A DNA stretch of 64,000 nucleotides from the human T2T-CHM13v2.0 reference genome, Homo sapiens. The notes below the pieces were generated by a model. The model saw nothing but the letters and a program-made list of their open reading frames with translations. It was not told the DNA's origin and ran no database searches. Shown here one piece after another: positions 1-14,045 of the stretch (position 1 is the stretch's first letter; each line of letters begins with the position of its first letter). The position numbers were made by a program, and so were the translations under genes. Location of the stretch: the NCBI RefSeq assembly GCF_009914755.1, contig NC_060928.1, one strand, 5' to 3'.

Positions 1-279
1 GTGCTATCACAGCTCACTGCAGCCTCAAACTCCTGGGCTCAAATGATCTCCCTGTCTCAGCCTCTGGAGTAGCTGGGACTATAGGTGCACATCACTGTGC
101 CTGGCTAATTTTTAAATTTTTAACAGAGATGGGTGCCTCACTTTGTTGCCCAGACTGGTCTCAAACACCTGGCTTCTGGCAATCTTCCCACCTTGGCTCC
201 CCAAAGTGCTGGATTACAAGCGTGTGCTGGGATTACAGGCGTGTGCTGGGATTACAGGCATAAGCCACTGAGCCCGGCC
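1..279 (-). mobile_element. AluJ-like SINE cut by the window edge, with an internal 19-bp triplication
   Basis: Reverse-complement Alu: GCTCACTGCAGCCTCAAACTCCTGGGCTCAA (J-type), T-rich linker, ends GAGCCCGGCC. Confidence 0.93.
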
Positions 280-789
280 CAGAGTCAAGATTTGACTCCA
301 GCAGTCTTTGCTCTTAATCACTCTGCTATTCAACCTCTTGCTTAAATTTGTAAAACAATAGAACCACCACCAAAAAATATATATAAATAGCTGAGGAAGA
401 AATACAATTTGGAGTTACATGAAGCCCATAATATAACTAAAGAAAAGGGAGTATCTAACCTCTTGGTTCCACTTAGATCAAAGGAGAAAGGCCTGACTTA
501 CACTATGAAAAACACTGGTTAGAGACGTGAAAACATATCTTCTCTGTTCAATGCCATGAGATTGGCTCACCTGAGTAGGCTGCAGAATCTTCTTCCCAAA
601 TGCTTAATAACAAAAGTGAGAGAACCATCCAAAATATTCTGAAAAAAATCTCACAGAAGTTAGGATGGGCTAAATTAACCATCCTCAACCCCATTACTCT
701 TTCCTAAGAGTACTCTATGGCTATGTTTCCAAATTATTCAAAACATGTTCCCTAATGTGTTAATGGGGGAGAGTGAGGAAGCAGAGACA

Positions 790-1170
790 GATTAAAAAGA
801 CTCAAGAGATATAACAACCAATGTAATGTGTGGACTTTGTCGGGATCCTGATTGACACAAACCTACTTGGAAAAGGCTGTTTTGGGACAATTGAGTTAAT
901 CTGATTATGGGTTAGGTATTAGATGATACTAATATTGTTAGGCTTGATAATAGCATCATTGTTATATGAGAACTCTCCATTTTTCTGAGAAATAACCTAA
1001 AGTAAATAAGGGTGAAATGACACATCTGAGATTTTTACTTTGACAAAAAAGAGGGAGACGACAGATGAACTGAGTATGACAAAATCTTGGTACTCAGTGT
1101 ATCTGAGTAATGGTATATGAAGGGTCATTCTCTTTGTTTTTGCATATATTTGACAATTTTCATGATAGAG
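790..1170 (+). mobile_element. Old L1 (L1MC-like) 3' UTR fragment
   Basis: ACAACCAATGTAATGTGTGGACTTTGTCGGGATCCTGATT...GGTATTAGATGATA resembles L1MC4/5 3' ends; recognised by eye. Confidence 0.6.
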
Positions 1171-1864
1171 TATCTTGATAAAGAATATGGAAAGATTTCT
1201 GTCCTGATGAAAATAATTATGATAGATAAAATTATTTAAAAACCTGCTAGAGAAATGCCAGATACACACCTGGGTACACAGTTCACTTCCCCTAGGACTG
1301 AGGCCAGGAAAAAGAATAAGAAATAAAGGGAAGAGCATAGGGCAACCTGGACCAGAGACAGACAGGAAGACAAGAGAAACACAGCCACGGTGCCAACATT
1401 GTTTCAGGAAGATTTTACAACACCAGCTGTCAGCTCTAGATATACTGTTGCCACTTTCGACTTCATCTAGAAGTGTCCTTCTACCCAATGCTCTCAACCG
1501 CGATTGAAAAATACTACATAAAATGAGTCTCGGATCTCTGCCCACCTTATGTGTTTTGGCGTTTAAAAACCTCTCCCATGGATTGGCTCTCAGTCCTTAG
1601 GGGTACGTGGTTTCATTACTGAGGTATGCCTGTGTGCAGGAATGTGTGAGTTTGTGTGCATGGGCAGCTCCTCCCTGATCACTGTGGCTATGTCATAATG
1701 CACATCCTTGTCTTTTACTCATTGGGTTATACCTAACAGCCAAATTTGTTTGTTATTCCAGGTGTGCTTAACATACGTCGATCTTCAAGACAACTAATAT
1801 CCCTTAATGATTAGGAACCTCGATTTTTTTTTCCAAGAAAATAACCATATAACTAAATCATTAA

Positions 1865-2289
<425 letters not shown>

Positions 2290-2459
2290 TAAAAACCTTT
2301 ACGACAGAAAGAAACATTGAACAAATTAGTTGGTTGGACTCAACAAATACTATTTTCTAGCCTCCTCTTTCCCCCTACACAAAGACAGCCACTGATACAT
2401 TTTGTTGCTAAAAATGCACTAGCTTTTTGCTTTTGATCACACTCTATGGTAAATTTTGC

Positions 2460-2700
2460 ATCCCAGTTTTCTCACCTAACATTAAAATATGGGCATTTTT
2501 TCCTGTTCTAATTCCGCATAAACACCCATTAGTAGCTGGAGAATATCCTGTTAAGTACAGACAGTAAAGTTTTGTAAATTTTCCCCTACTATTGAACATT
2601 AGATTGTTGCCATTTATTTAATATTATAAAATAAATAATGCTTTATATGTGCAATACTTTCTTATATAATTATGTGTGTTTCCATAGTACTGATCCTTAG
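2460..2700 (-). mobile_element. Degenerate L1M fragment
   Basis: TTCCCTACTATTGAACATTAGATTGTTGCC resembles the antisense 3' end of L1 ORF2. Confidence 0.45.
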
Positions 2701-2959
2701 ATCATAATTAAAAACTAAATTAAAAACAGTACCTAGTAGTTTACCTTAACACAAGAAAGAAAAATAGTAGAAAAAGGAAAAAAAAAAAAGACAGGTTCTG
2801 TTGAGCAGTGAGTTTGCACTGGCTGAGCCCAATGTCCCGACTCCATTATCTGTGACTCACATGGCGTGCTTGAAGAAAAATATCCCCGTCTTGTTGCTTC
2901 TTGGTAGCCCATGGCATTATCCTTTATCTAACCCTAGTTACTTCTCTGGGATGTTTCTT

Positions 2960-3660
2960 GCTCCAGTTGTTTTCCTCATGGTGTAACAATGTGAATTTGC
3001 AGTCCTGACTGTTCTCTTTAGAATTTCATCACTTCTTTGCTTCCATTGCAGTTTGCTTGCACTTCTAATGCAGCACTTCCTTCCCCTTCTCCCGTGGTAT
3101 ACTTTAGTTGTTTGCACTCTGTCTGCTGAGATGCTTTAACTCATCTTTTAATCACCTACAGTGCCTGGGATCGTGCTCTGCACAGAACACTGCCAGGCCA
3201 TTAGCAGATTTTCATCAAATTATTAACATCATTCTGTTCTTGAGCAGGGTAGTTCCCTTCAAGTTGCCCTCTGCCCTACCCAGTGCTTAAAAACACCTCT
3301 CTCGTTCGCGTCTACAAATTTAATGAATGTGTTGTTTATATCCTTTCCCAGATAATTAATGAAGATGTTAAATAAGACCATGCTGAACACTCGTCCAGAT
3401 TCAATACATTGCCATTTATCATTACACTTTCAGTCCTTCAGGCAGTTTTCAATCAATTTGACACATTCAAGTCAATTTGAATTCATTTTCTGAACTAGAT
3501 TTCATGAGACCTGCTATCAATTCTTCCATTAACATCTGGATGTATTTAGATATAATAATATATCTAGTGTATTCTTTTTGTCCACTGTTTTCCAATTTTC
3601 AAAACAAAAAATCGATTAAGTTGGTATAACATGAAAAAGCTTTATAGATTTATGCTGTTT
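2960..3660 (-). mobile_element. CR1/L3 LINE fossil, ORF2 reverse-transcriptase region
   Basis: Minus-strand translations: 3634-3608 SCYTNLIDF; 3588-3541 TVDKKNTLDILLYLNT; 3381-3301 MVLFNIFINYLGKDINNTFIKFVDANE. These are collinear with CR1 RT motifs SCLTNLISF, VDVIYLD and VLFNIFINDL...KFADD. The boundary below 3300 is uncertain. Confidence 0.8.
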
Positions 3661-3744
3661 GTAGCTCTTGGCTCTAATACCTCATAGATGTTCACATATT
3701 TACCCTCTCAAATGTTCTAGTATTTGTTAGCAATGTAGTTTTCC

Positions 3745-3815
3745 TAATTCACTTATTTATCCAACAAATGTTTATGGAATACTTATTATGGGCAAGTATT
3801 ATGTTTGGAATAGGT
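3745..3815 (-). mobile_element. L2 3'-end fragment
   Basis: TTCACTTATTTATCCAACAAATGTTTATGGAATACTTATTATGGGCAAG resembles the antisense L2 terminus. Confidence 0.6.
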
Positions 3816-6800
3816 TTAACACTAATTCTATTTAGAAATTAATTATTCAGGGGCTCTTGTTCTGTGAAGTGTACAGGACAATGTCTCTCCTAAACTATTT
3901 TTCATTTTATTTTTACTATACATTAGCAACACTGGAGCATAGATGAAGCAGGAAGAAGAGAGAAAGCATGTGTGGCTTCTAACTGGCAGTTCTGATAAAG
4001 AGGTTCCTGGGGTAAGGATTCTGAAAAAAAAGTGGCTAAAATAAGACAAGAGAATGAATCTGAGATATCTCTGCCAATGATACTCTGAACAAGTGAGAAC
4101 TGGATATGCAGCCTTTACTCCAGTGTCTGTCTGTCTGTTTCTCTCTCTCTTTCCTCCCCATCTCTCTCCTTCTCTCTCTCTCTTTCTCATTATTCTTCGT
4201 GATTCCAAAGGAGAGCTACCATATTTTGAGAAATTCATTATTATTTCCATTAACACTGGCTAACACATCATCTAAGATCTTGCCTATTTATTTGTTTTCT
4301 TCTTTTTTTAATGAAACGGGTCTTCATTACTGTTTAATTATCCTTATTTATCTTCTTAAAGGCCAGTTTTAAAAAGCAGTTCCAAAGCTCAGCCATTTTG
4401 CCATCAATAGCTCAGTCATTTGAGCATAATCATTAAGCTTATCTCCCTATTCATTTAATGCTAGGCCTCCTTTATCTCTAGTATGCTTTCCTTTCTCTTC
4501 TTTATTATGTTTGTATTATTACCCTTTGCACCACTGATCGCCATAAATACTTCTTGGTTGTAACTCTGGAACCTCTTTGATGATTCATGCTCTCCTGTGA
4601 GAGTCCTATAGACAGACTTGATTTACTTTCAGCTTTCTCCTTTTTTTCCTTCTATTTTTGCACAGTTGTCATTGTCACTTTTAGACTGCGTCTGGTTTTT
4701 ACAATGATGTCCAGTCTTCGAGGTGAAACCGCTGACCTTGAGTAAAGCACCTGCCCCAATTCTGCAAGGTAACAAGTGCTGCAGAACCACGGGACCCAGC
4801 TAAATGGTCAGAGACTGCCCAGGTACACCTGCTCTCAGCCCAGGGGGACAGGTACCATCTTCTCAGTCAATCAGTAAAACCAAACCCTGCTCAGCACAGG
4901 GTAGCAGCAACACCAATTCAACTAGAGAAAAGGGAAATGATCCCTATTGGTGAGTTTGCCACCTGAAAATAGTACACTTGGTCACTTCCAGCAATGGTTC
5001 CTCCCTTGAACACTGCCACTGCGATTAGAACAACTGTTTTCCCACTTATCAGTTATGCCTCAAAGACCACAAACTAGGAGAAATGCTGAATTCTCTCTCT
5101 TTCTGGGTGATATCCATGCTCACATTTGGATTTAAGTACATCCCCTCCTTCTTTTTGTATTCCTTTCTTATTTGTGTGGTAACTGAATTTGAGACTGTTA
5201 ACTGTTATTGCTGGATTAATTACCAACTAATTTTCACCTTGTATTGTAGCACAAAAATAAATTTTTTAAAATAGGGAAAATTTTGAGAAAATATTTCATT
5301 AGGGATAAACTACAGAAAAAGAGGGCTTATTACTATATTAGTAAGCATAATACTATTTATAAATATTACATCTATCATTTCAATTTTATGTGTCTTCTAA
5401 AAAGACTGAAACAAGTCACCCATAATTATTACATAAATGCCACTTTTAATATCAGCTTAGGAAATATGTATATTTTTCTTTCAAAACTACCATAAGCAAA
5501 GATGCTAACATTTTGTTTTTTAAAATTCGTACAAAATAAATCTATCCAAAGCTTTTGGCCACACACCCATATTTTAACCAAAGTTACTCTGGATAGTTTG
5601 AGGAGGATTCTGCTTGGTCTGACAAAATAAGATGATGAAGATGAAATAAGTTGGGTTTTTTCCCTCCTCTGTCTGAGTGACAGCCACTCACACATCCACA
5701 CTATTTTCATTTAGGAGTGCATTTAACATTCTGTGAGTAGGAAGAAACGAAAAGGATGAGGTAAGGATATTGTTTTTCCCCAATCACACATTTCTCTTTG
5801 CCCATCCTGGTTTCTCTGTGTCTTATTTCCCTTCTAATTATTTTCCACTCCTTCAGTTCTGGTGCTGATGCGGTCCCTGGTTCATTTCCCTCCTCCCCTC
5901 CCATTTTCAGGATAACTGTATTCTTCATCTTTAAATGTCCCACCGATCACACGTCAGTGACTTCATGGCAGCTTCCTTGGAGACAGGAGATTAGATTATT
6001 TTAAAATTACAACCACCTATTGATAAACTACCATATAAGGCACTGGACAACACACACTAGCTTTGGCAGGGGGCCTGCCCTAAATTGTTCAACACTTACC
6101 AGGGGAAAGTCTTACCTGCCCAGAGTGAAGATCAATGCCACAGGAAGACAAAATTCAGTTTTATTTACTGGACAGAGGAAAATAAGGGCCAGGCTCCAAA
6201 CAGCTATCTCAAAGCATGCCATCCTCACCTCCATCCACCTCCTCCCACCTTTTCCTTTTTGTCCCATGTTTTTGTTTTTCTTTTCTACCTGGTTTTGCTT
6301 CTGTATTTCCTGACAACTCAAGATTCCTTTACCTCATCTCACTTCTTTCCCTTCAACTCCCTAGGCATTTCACCTCCTCCCTCCCTTTTTGGCTCTCCAT
6401 CCCAGTCTCCCAGCTTGCGGAGATACAAGCACACACTTCCAAATGCTGCCAACTAAGTGCTCCAGGGGTAGGGAGTTCTGAGGCTACCTCCCGCCACTGG
6501 GCAAGCCTCATAACAGAGGAGACATTCTAAACCCCAGGGATGGTAAAAATCATCATCATTATTACCTCTCCAGGCACTGCTGTGTTAAGCAGAGATGAGG
6601 CTCCCACCTTTGATAATGAGAAACTCAGAAATTACAGAGGTTGGTAACACAGCATCAGCATATAATACCGTCTGAAAAACCTGGGCTCCAGTTATCTTGT
6701 GATAGGCAGCGACAGCAGAGATTAAAACCCACCAGAAAACAGCCGCAGACTGTACTGATGCTGTGCTCCTGCACTAAATGGCCACAGTCACACCCCTGTC

Positions 6801-7889
6801 CTCCGATATTGCCACGAGTTATGATTACTCTCCTTAGTCCCACTATATTAGAAAAAAATTTAAAGGGGCATTTAAAGCAAATTCAGGCACAAATAGATTA
6901 ACAACAAAGAAAACGCCATCATTATTCTTCCAATGCTTACTCATTCTATGATTTAAATATTTATTCTTCAAATAACAGCTAGTGTATGTCCATATGAAAT
7001 CATCAGAACGTTGGACCTTCGGCTCTCCTCCGAGGGTCAAAGCTGAGATTTTGTGTGTATAATATTATTATAGAAAGAATAAATATTTAAAAATGGACTA
7101 AGTAATTTTTTCTTATAGACTGCTGCAGAGAACAAAAAGTTTCATATGGCTTCCAACTCAGAGGAAGTTTGTGACTGGATGTGAGGAGACTACAAAGTTA
7201 TTAGAGGATAGACAACAAACCCTATGAGCCCGTCACATCTCCTTCACTGAAATTTTGCTATATTAAATTTTGATTCAAATAAGTAATCCATCAGCAAAGG
7301 TTTTGCAATATTGGTTATACAAAGATCTTCAATGACTGACATTTGTTGAAGTGGGATTTAAGTTAAATTTTATAATAACCCTGTAGTGGCATGGAAACTT
7401 TTATCCATACATTTTAAACTTTCATAGGGTTAGTCATCATGATATTTTGGGAATGACAAGATTACCTTCATCAGAAACTTCCTTCTACTATTTCTGCCTG
7501 CCAAGGTGCATCTGAAAAATTTCTTCTTTCACAGAGATTTTCCTTCTCCCCCAGCTGAGAGTGATCTCTCTGTACTCTGAGATATGCTCAAATTCTCCTA
7601 CGTTTCTATTTCCAGCCTTGCCTTCTCCCTCACCCCCAACTCTTACTGGAAGCAACTTTTTCAGCAACTGGAACTAACTTGCAGTCTCTGTCTGCCTTGG
7701 CTGACTGGCCAACGGTCTTAATAAATAGCAACCACTAAATAAATCAAAATTTTTCCAAAGAAAATATGAAACTTGGATCTTAACTCTACTTAGCCTTAAA
7801 TTTACCTGTCTGTGCACATTTCATTTTCCCACCCACTAAACAGTATTCCTATAGCTCTGGTTGTATCCATGTAGATTTAGATTGATGGT

Positions 7890-8030
7890 TCTAGAATCAC
7901 AGAATTGGAAATGATCGTAGATATAATTTAGTTCAACCCACTCATTTTCAAAGACAAGGCAAGGGAAGCTAAAAGAGGTTAAGTGCCCTTTTATCACAGT
8001 TAGTGATAAAATTCAGGCAAAATTGAAAGT
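7890..8030 (-). mobile_element. MIR3/MIR fragment
   Basis: AGAATCACAGAAT...TAGTTCAACCCACTCATTTT...AGAGGTTAAGTG core. Confidence 0.6.
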
Positions 8031-8344
8031 GGCTGCTCCAGCCTATCTTTGTAGCGGATGACCTGTCTTAGAATTTGTTGAACCTCTAGCATTGAATGTA
8101 GACTGATTTTAACCTGAATGAAAACTTCAGACTTGAAATTATTCTGCTTTTAAGGAAAGTGAAATTGTTAATTGGTTTTAGTAAACCAGATATTTAAAAT
8201 CATTTTACTTCCATTCAGTTCCTCATCAAGTCTAAGCAACTGGGTACTGTACTTTGACTATTAAACCTGTAAGTTATCTGAAAATAATTTTTATTACACA
8301 TTATATAATACTGAAAGTATTAGACTCACATCCATATCAATGAT

Positions 8345-8465
8345 ACAAATGGGTAAATTAGTACAAACTTTCTGAAGGGCATTTGGCAGTATGTTACCAA
8401 AAACTTAATATTTGAACCCTCTTCATTCTGTCAACGTCATTTCTAAAGATTTATTCTGAGGAAAA
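8345..8465 (+). mobile_element. L1M fragment
   Basis: GTAAATTAGTACAAACTTTCTGAAGGGCATTTGGCAGTAT resembles the C-terminal region of L1 ORF2. Confidence 0.55.
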
Positions 8466-9105
8466 CTTACTCGACATCTAGGAATATGGTCAATTTTTAT
8501 TCTTCTGCCTTTACACTTTTTGATAAATTCCAAAGTTCCTTACAATGAATTTATGTCATTTCTACCATTGGAAAAAAACCTCTCATTGTTTGTAAAAAAA
8601 AAAAAAAAAAAAGTGAGAGAATGCAACTGGCTGCTTATCCTTCAAGAAAATATCGGGCTCTTGTGCACTGGGTGATTTTTTTCTTTCTGGTCAAAAGTTT
8701 GTAGAAAGGGAGAAACTGTGTTTCCTGGGAAAAGCCACCAGCTTCTAACCATGAACGGGTGTTCAGAGCATGAGTCTGTTTTGGAATTTCCAAAAAGCAT
8801 ACAAGAATAAGGCTCTGGCTGAACATCCTTTTCCTATATGGATTGCACATAATCAATAGACCTAGAAGCACTTATTGAACACATCCTGTGAACATCATTG
8901 CACTAAGAGCTATTCGAAACAAATGGCAAGGGCTTTTCCATGCCATTTATAACTAAGCCCTGTGGCAATGACATAAACATATGAAAAGATGACCATGAAT
9001 AGAGGCCGTAATTAATTTCCAAATACAAAATGTAGGTATCTAGAAAAGGAAGAAGCTCACGCAAAACCTGAGTGGCGAGGAAAGGCTTTGCAGAGAAGGG
9101 CTCAG

Positions 9106-9385
9106 CCTTGAAAAAAAGATGGAGCAAGAAGAGGTACGGTATGGGAAAGAATGGTTTTACTGGGTTTGAGTGGTAGAATACTGAAAAACAAAGATCAGAA
9201 GGAAAGGCTGGGCAGGCCCAGCCTGAGGAGCATCTCAACTCCCGAATGACATTTGATCGCCTCACTGGATGTCTATTTTATGTTAGATGCTCCATAAGGC
9301 CATATAGCACAGTGGTTAAGAGCACTGAGTTCTAGAATCAGAGCACCTGGATTCAAACCAACTCTGATGCTTACTAGCTCTGTGA
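9106..9385 (+). repeat. Local duplication, copy 1 (280 bp)
   Basis: Aligns without gaps to 10116-10395; 31 mismatches counted by hand (about 89% identity). Confidence 0.97.
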
Positions 9386-9540
9386 TCTTGGATAAGTCAC
9401 CTAAGCTCTCAGTTTCCACATATATAAAATGAGGATAACAACAGTACTCACCACACAGGGTTATCGGGATGATTAAGTATGCATGTGTAAGGACTGAATA
9501 AATGTTCAAATGTTGGCATGGCACTGGGCACACAATGGAA
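9300..9540 (+). mobile_element. MIR
   Basis: ATAGCACAGTGGTTAAGAGCACT...CTTACTAGCTCTGTGATCTTGGATAAGTCAC...CTCAGTTTCC...TAAAATGAGGATAA. Confidence 0.9.
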
Positions 9541-10115
9541 TAATGTCTGCTTGCATTAAGCAGTGCTATGAGACTTTTTTAAAGTGTGCATTCTTATTTT
9601 AAAATCTTTGTGAGGTCTATAAAAGAATGTGCCCACCTTTGGAACTACAATGGCCTGAACATAAATGAGTTGTTTTTTGACGACTAACCACCCTGCAATG
9701 GGTCTCAGAGTCATCATTATATACCACCCTTCTCACAGTGTGGACCAATAATAATAACAACAACAACAGCAACAACAGCTTTGTATAGCAACCAAGGGTT
9801 TACAAAAGGCTTCTATCTCATTCACAAGAATTCCATGAGGTAAGCCAGACAAGAATCAGGATGGAGGCAAGACGAGGACCCAGGGTTTCTGCGTTCTTGT
9901 CTAGGACTCTTTATAGCTTACAAAGTAGCCTATGAAGAGACAGACCAAATACAAACTGATCCTTAGACTCAACCTGGAAGTTAATTCCTTATAAATGAAC
10001 ATCTGATGTGAGATAGTCTGGTTGTGATTTGACTTAGACAGAAATGGAGTAGATTACTTAGAAATTTAAACTCTTAATAAACCATTGAAGTTTTGATGTC
10101 CAATGTTCACACATA

Positions 10116-10395
10116 CCTTGAAAAAGAGATGGAGTTGGAAGACATATGGTATGAGAAAGAAAGATTTTACTGGGTTTGAGTGGCAGAATACTGAAGAACA
10201 AGGATCAGAATGAAAGGCTGGGTGGGCCCAACCTGAGGAGCACCTCAACTCCCAAATGATGTCTGATCACCTCACTGAATGTCTATTTTGTGCTAGATGC
10301 TCCATAACGCCATATAGCACAGTGGTTAAGAGCACTGAGATCTGGAATCAGAGTACCTGGATTCAAACCAAGTCTGATGCTTACTAGCTCTGTGA
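10116..10395 (+). repeat. Local duplication, copy 2, ending in a truncated MIR
   Basis: Constant 1010-bp offset from 9106-9385. Confidence 0.97.
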
Positions 10396-10653
10396 AGATA
10401 CCTCTGATTTTCAGTATTCAACTATTCAGTAGCTGAATTTTTGTCTTGCTTTAGATTTGAAAGGAAAGTAACAAAGAGGGCATTGCTATTATTTGATTGT
10501 AGTTTGAATCCCTGCTTGTCTAATTCCAGGAAGTTCCAGTTAATAATATACAACCAAATCAAATAACATATTGATGGAGGTTATACATGGGTAGAGGCAG
10601 GCAAAGCAACATCTACAAACCCCACTGGGAAACAGTTACCAGACACAAGCTAA

Positions 10654-10986
<333 letters not shown>

Positions 10987-11228
10987 AAGCCAAGGAAATT
11001 CTAAGGTGAAACCCTGAAAAACAGAAAGTTCATGTTCCAAATATGTGAAATCAACGGAGTCCTTTCCAAATCAGATATCTGAACACAGGACCCAGGTTTT
11101 CCTCCTTGTTTTATCCAATAGTATAATTACTGCAATCATCACTTAATAACATATAGCTTTTAAATTACAAACCACATCCTTACCTCTAGGGAATATATGT
11201 AAAAATCTTTCCATTAAAATGCTAACAT

Positions 11229-11524
<296 letters not shown>

Positions 11525-13924
11525 CTAACATTAATAAAGTTTAGCACCAAATTGCTCTACCTGAGGTTGAACGGTAATGCTTTAGTTTAATTCCCTTCGG
11601 AACACATTATCTACTTTTTGGGTAGAGTTCTATCCTGATGTATTTCTTACTGGGGAGTTCAAAGAACAAAGAGCATAGTTGAGAATGAATTGAGATGAAC
11701 TCAAACCAGAAACAAAGCATATCCACGAAAGGGAATAGATTATACAGGAAAGTAAGGATTAGGACCGATTCCTTTTCTAAATGACTGGCCACTGTTACAG
11801 CCTTATTCTGTTGTCAACAGTACTTCTGCTGTTAACTGAGCTTACACACAGTGTCAGTCAAGGTTTTCATTGAATAACAAGTGTGTGTGATTTCTAATAC
11901 ATGTGAGGCCCATTCTGACGCAGTATGTATTAAAATGAGCCAAGGGAACATCTACCAATGGCCCCTGTCGTTGCCTGCCTCACTGCTTTCCTGGATACAT
12001 TTGCCTCAAGTGGACACAGCAGCTGGAGAGAGGGATGTAAAGCAAGACCTCCGTCACCCAACATGCAGGAACATGAGTATTTACTGGCTCCATCTTCACT
12101 GTCAGAGAATACTACAGGGAGGATGAAACAGCTACCGCGATTAAAAACCTGCTCCCTTGAAAACAGCCATGCCACTGCTGTGCCACACAATGACCCTTTC
12201 AAGTCGGGTGCTGAGCTAGATCAGCACCTCTCCTGCAACTTCTTTGATGGCTCAGTGTAGACTGTACGGTGTGCCAGAGAGTCCAAGCACAGCTCCAGCA
12301 GGAATCTCCTGGAGCAGAAGGCTCAGGAGAAGATGAGAAGAACAGCTGCCTATTTTCTACCTCAACCACGGCCAATTTTGTGCTCCAGCCCTCCTTTTCC
12401 CATTCCAAGTGGCATATCCTTTCTTCCTCTGTCCCTCTATTTAACAGTCAGACAAGAATAATTTACTGGAAAATTGTTAAGTTATAAAAATAACCATGCT
12501 TTCTTTCACTTCTTTTCCCAAAAGTTTGTCTCCTAGAGCCAATCTTTAGAATCCAACTCTTGGTGTGTATTTTAGAAAACACCTTGAAGATGACGGTGGC
12601 TCAGAAGCACACTATGGTACATGCTGCTGCTATGGTCAGTGCTCTGTGCTCTTCAGTCCCACTTTCCAATACTGAAACTTGCTTCAACACAAGAATTTAT
12701 ATCAGACTGATATTGTCACAAGTTCCAAGGATCCCAGCTGACATCGCTGTGGCCCTGCTTGGGGGAAATAGAAGTAAAAGACTTTATATTAATTCACTGG
12801 TATCTTTTAGTCCACTGACGATCATATAACACAGTTCAGTAGATTACTGGGAAAGTGAGGCACTAAGAACCCTGATGTTTTTGTTCCCAGAAAACCTGAA
12901 GCTCAAGACTGTGTATAGGGAAGCACTATAAATGACTTCTGACCCTCTGCTTGAAAAAAAAAAAAACAAAAACAAAACAGCAACAAAACAAAAAACAAAC
13001 TAAGAACGGATCAAGAAGTTCCTCAGGTTAGGTTTTAACACAAATCCTTAGCACATTATTATCTTTCTGCTCTAAAACTGGAGTTTGCACTTTAAATAGA
13101 GATTTCAATAAATTAATGCATTAGCTACAAAGAAATGGACTCAATTTAAATGACTAAGCAAGTGACCTGAATATTATTTCCTTTAAATAGCCTGAGCAAC
13201 ATGAAAAGAAAATACAAAAAGGAATCTGAGTAATGCCCTATGTCTACAAGATTCCATCTAAGTAGAGCATGTCTCCCACAATGTGACTCACAGGAGGCCT
13301 GCAGCTTCAGTTTTGAACAAACAAACGCACGTCTTCATTCAGCACAAAGCTAACTAGTGTTAGTTATACAGCTAACTAGTTATGCAGGCTATCCATATTT
13401 ACATAATCAGAAACACATTGCTTTCAATAAGACAAGGCCCACTGAGTTACATATGACCCTAAGGTACGTGTATTTCAACGCATGTTAAACTGTACTTTTC
13501 AGAAAATCATTTTGTTTAACAAACTCTCAGCAGGCACCCTGATTAGACATAATCTATAAGGGCCCTTTGTCTCGAGCTACACTGCTCTGCTGTATGGGGC
13601 TCTCTTTGTGGTGATAATTGGTTTGGCTGTCCATTCCACCCATCAGGTGATAGAAAACTATCAATCAGCCTAAATGCAATGTGAGAGAAGTCTCGTTAGC
13701 CAATTAGTCAGTAATGAGAACATTAGCTAAGATATCTTCTGCAGAGGGCACCTTAGCCATTCCACTAGTCTGAGAAGATGACAGTCCCTATGTGATTAAT
13801 AAAGATCACAGGATACTTCAGAAATTCTACATGGGTGAAGAAGAGAGTCAGAAAGAAATGCACTCGGAAATGCTGACTGTTTCTAGTGCTGCCAAGTGCT
13901 TTACGCAAAAACATTCCAAAACCA

Positions 13925-14045
13925 CAGAACCACAGAACTTCAGAGCTGGAAAGGACCCTGAAGATGATTTGATCTCACACCTGCATTTTACAGATACGGC
14001 AGGGAGTGAAATGAATTGTCCAAGGTCACCCAGCTGGCTGGCAAT
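13925..14045 (-). mobile_element. MIR3/MIR fragment
   Basis: AGAGCTGGAAAGGACCCTGAAG...CATTTTACAGAT...TGTCCAAGGTCACCCAGCTGG. Confidence 0.65.

Noticed and set aside
997-1545. 182-aa minus-strand ORF
   Set aside because: Non-ATG start, runs antisense into an L1 fragment, and has no recognisable domain.
8466-8490. Possible 7-nt minus-strand microexon (CCTAG|ATGTCGA|GTAAGT)
   Set aside because: Not a multiple of 3, weak polypyrimidine tract, and adjacent to an L1 fragment; likely chance.
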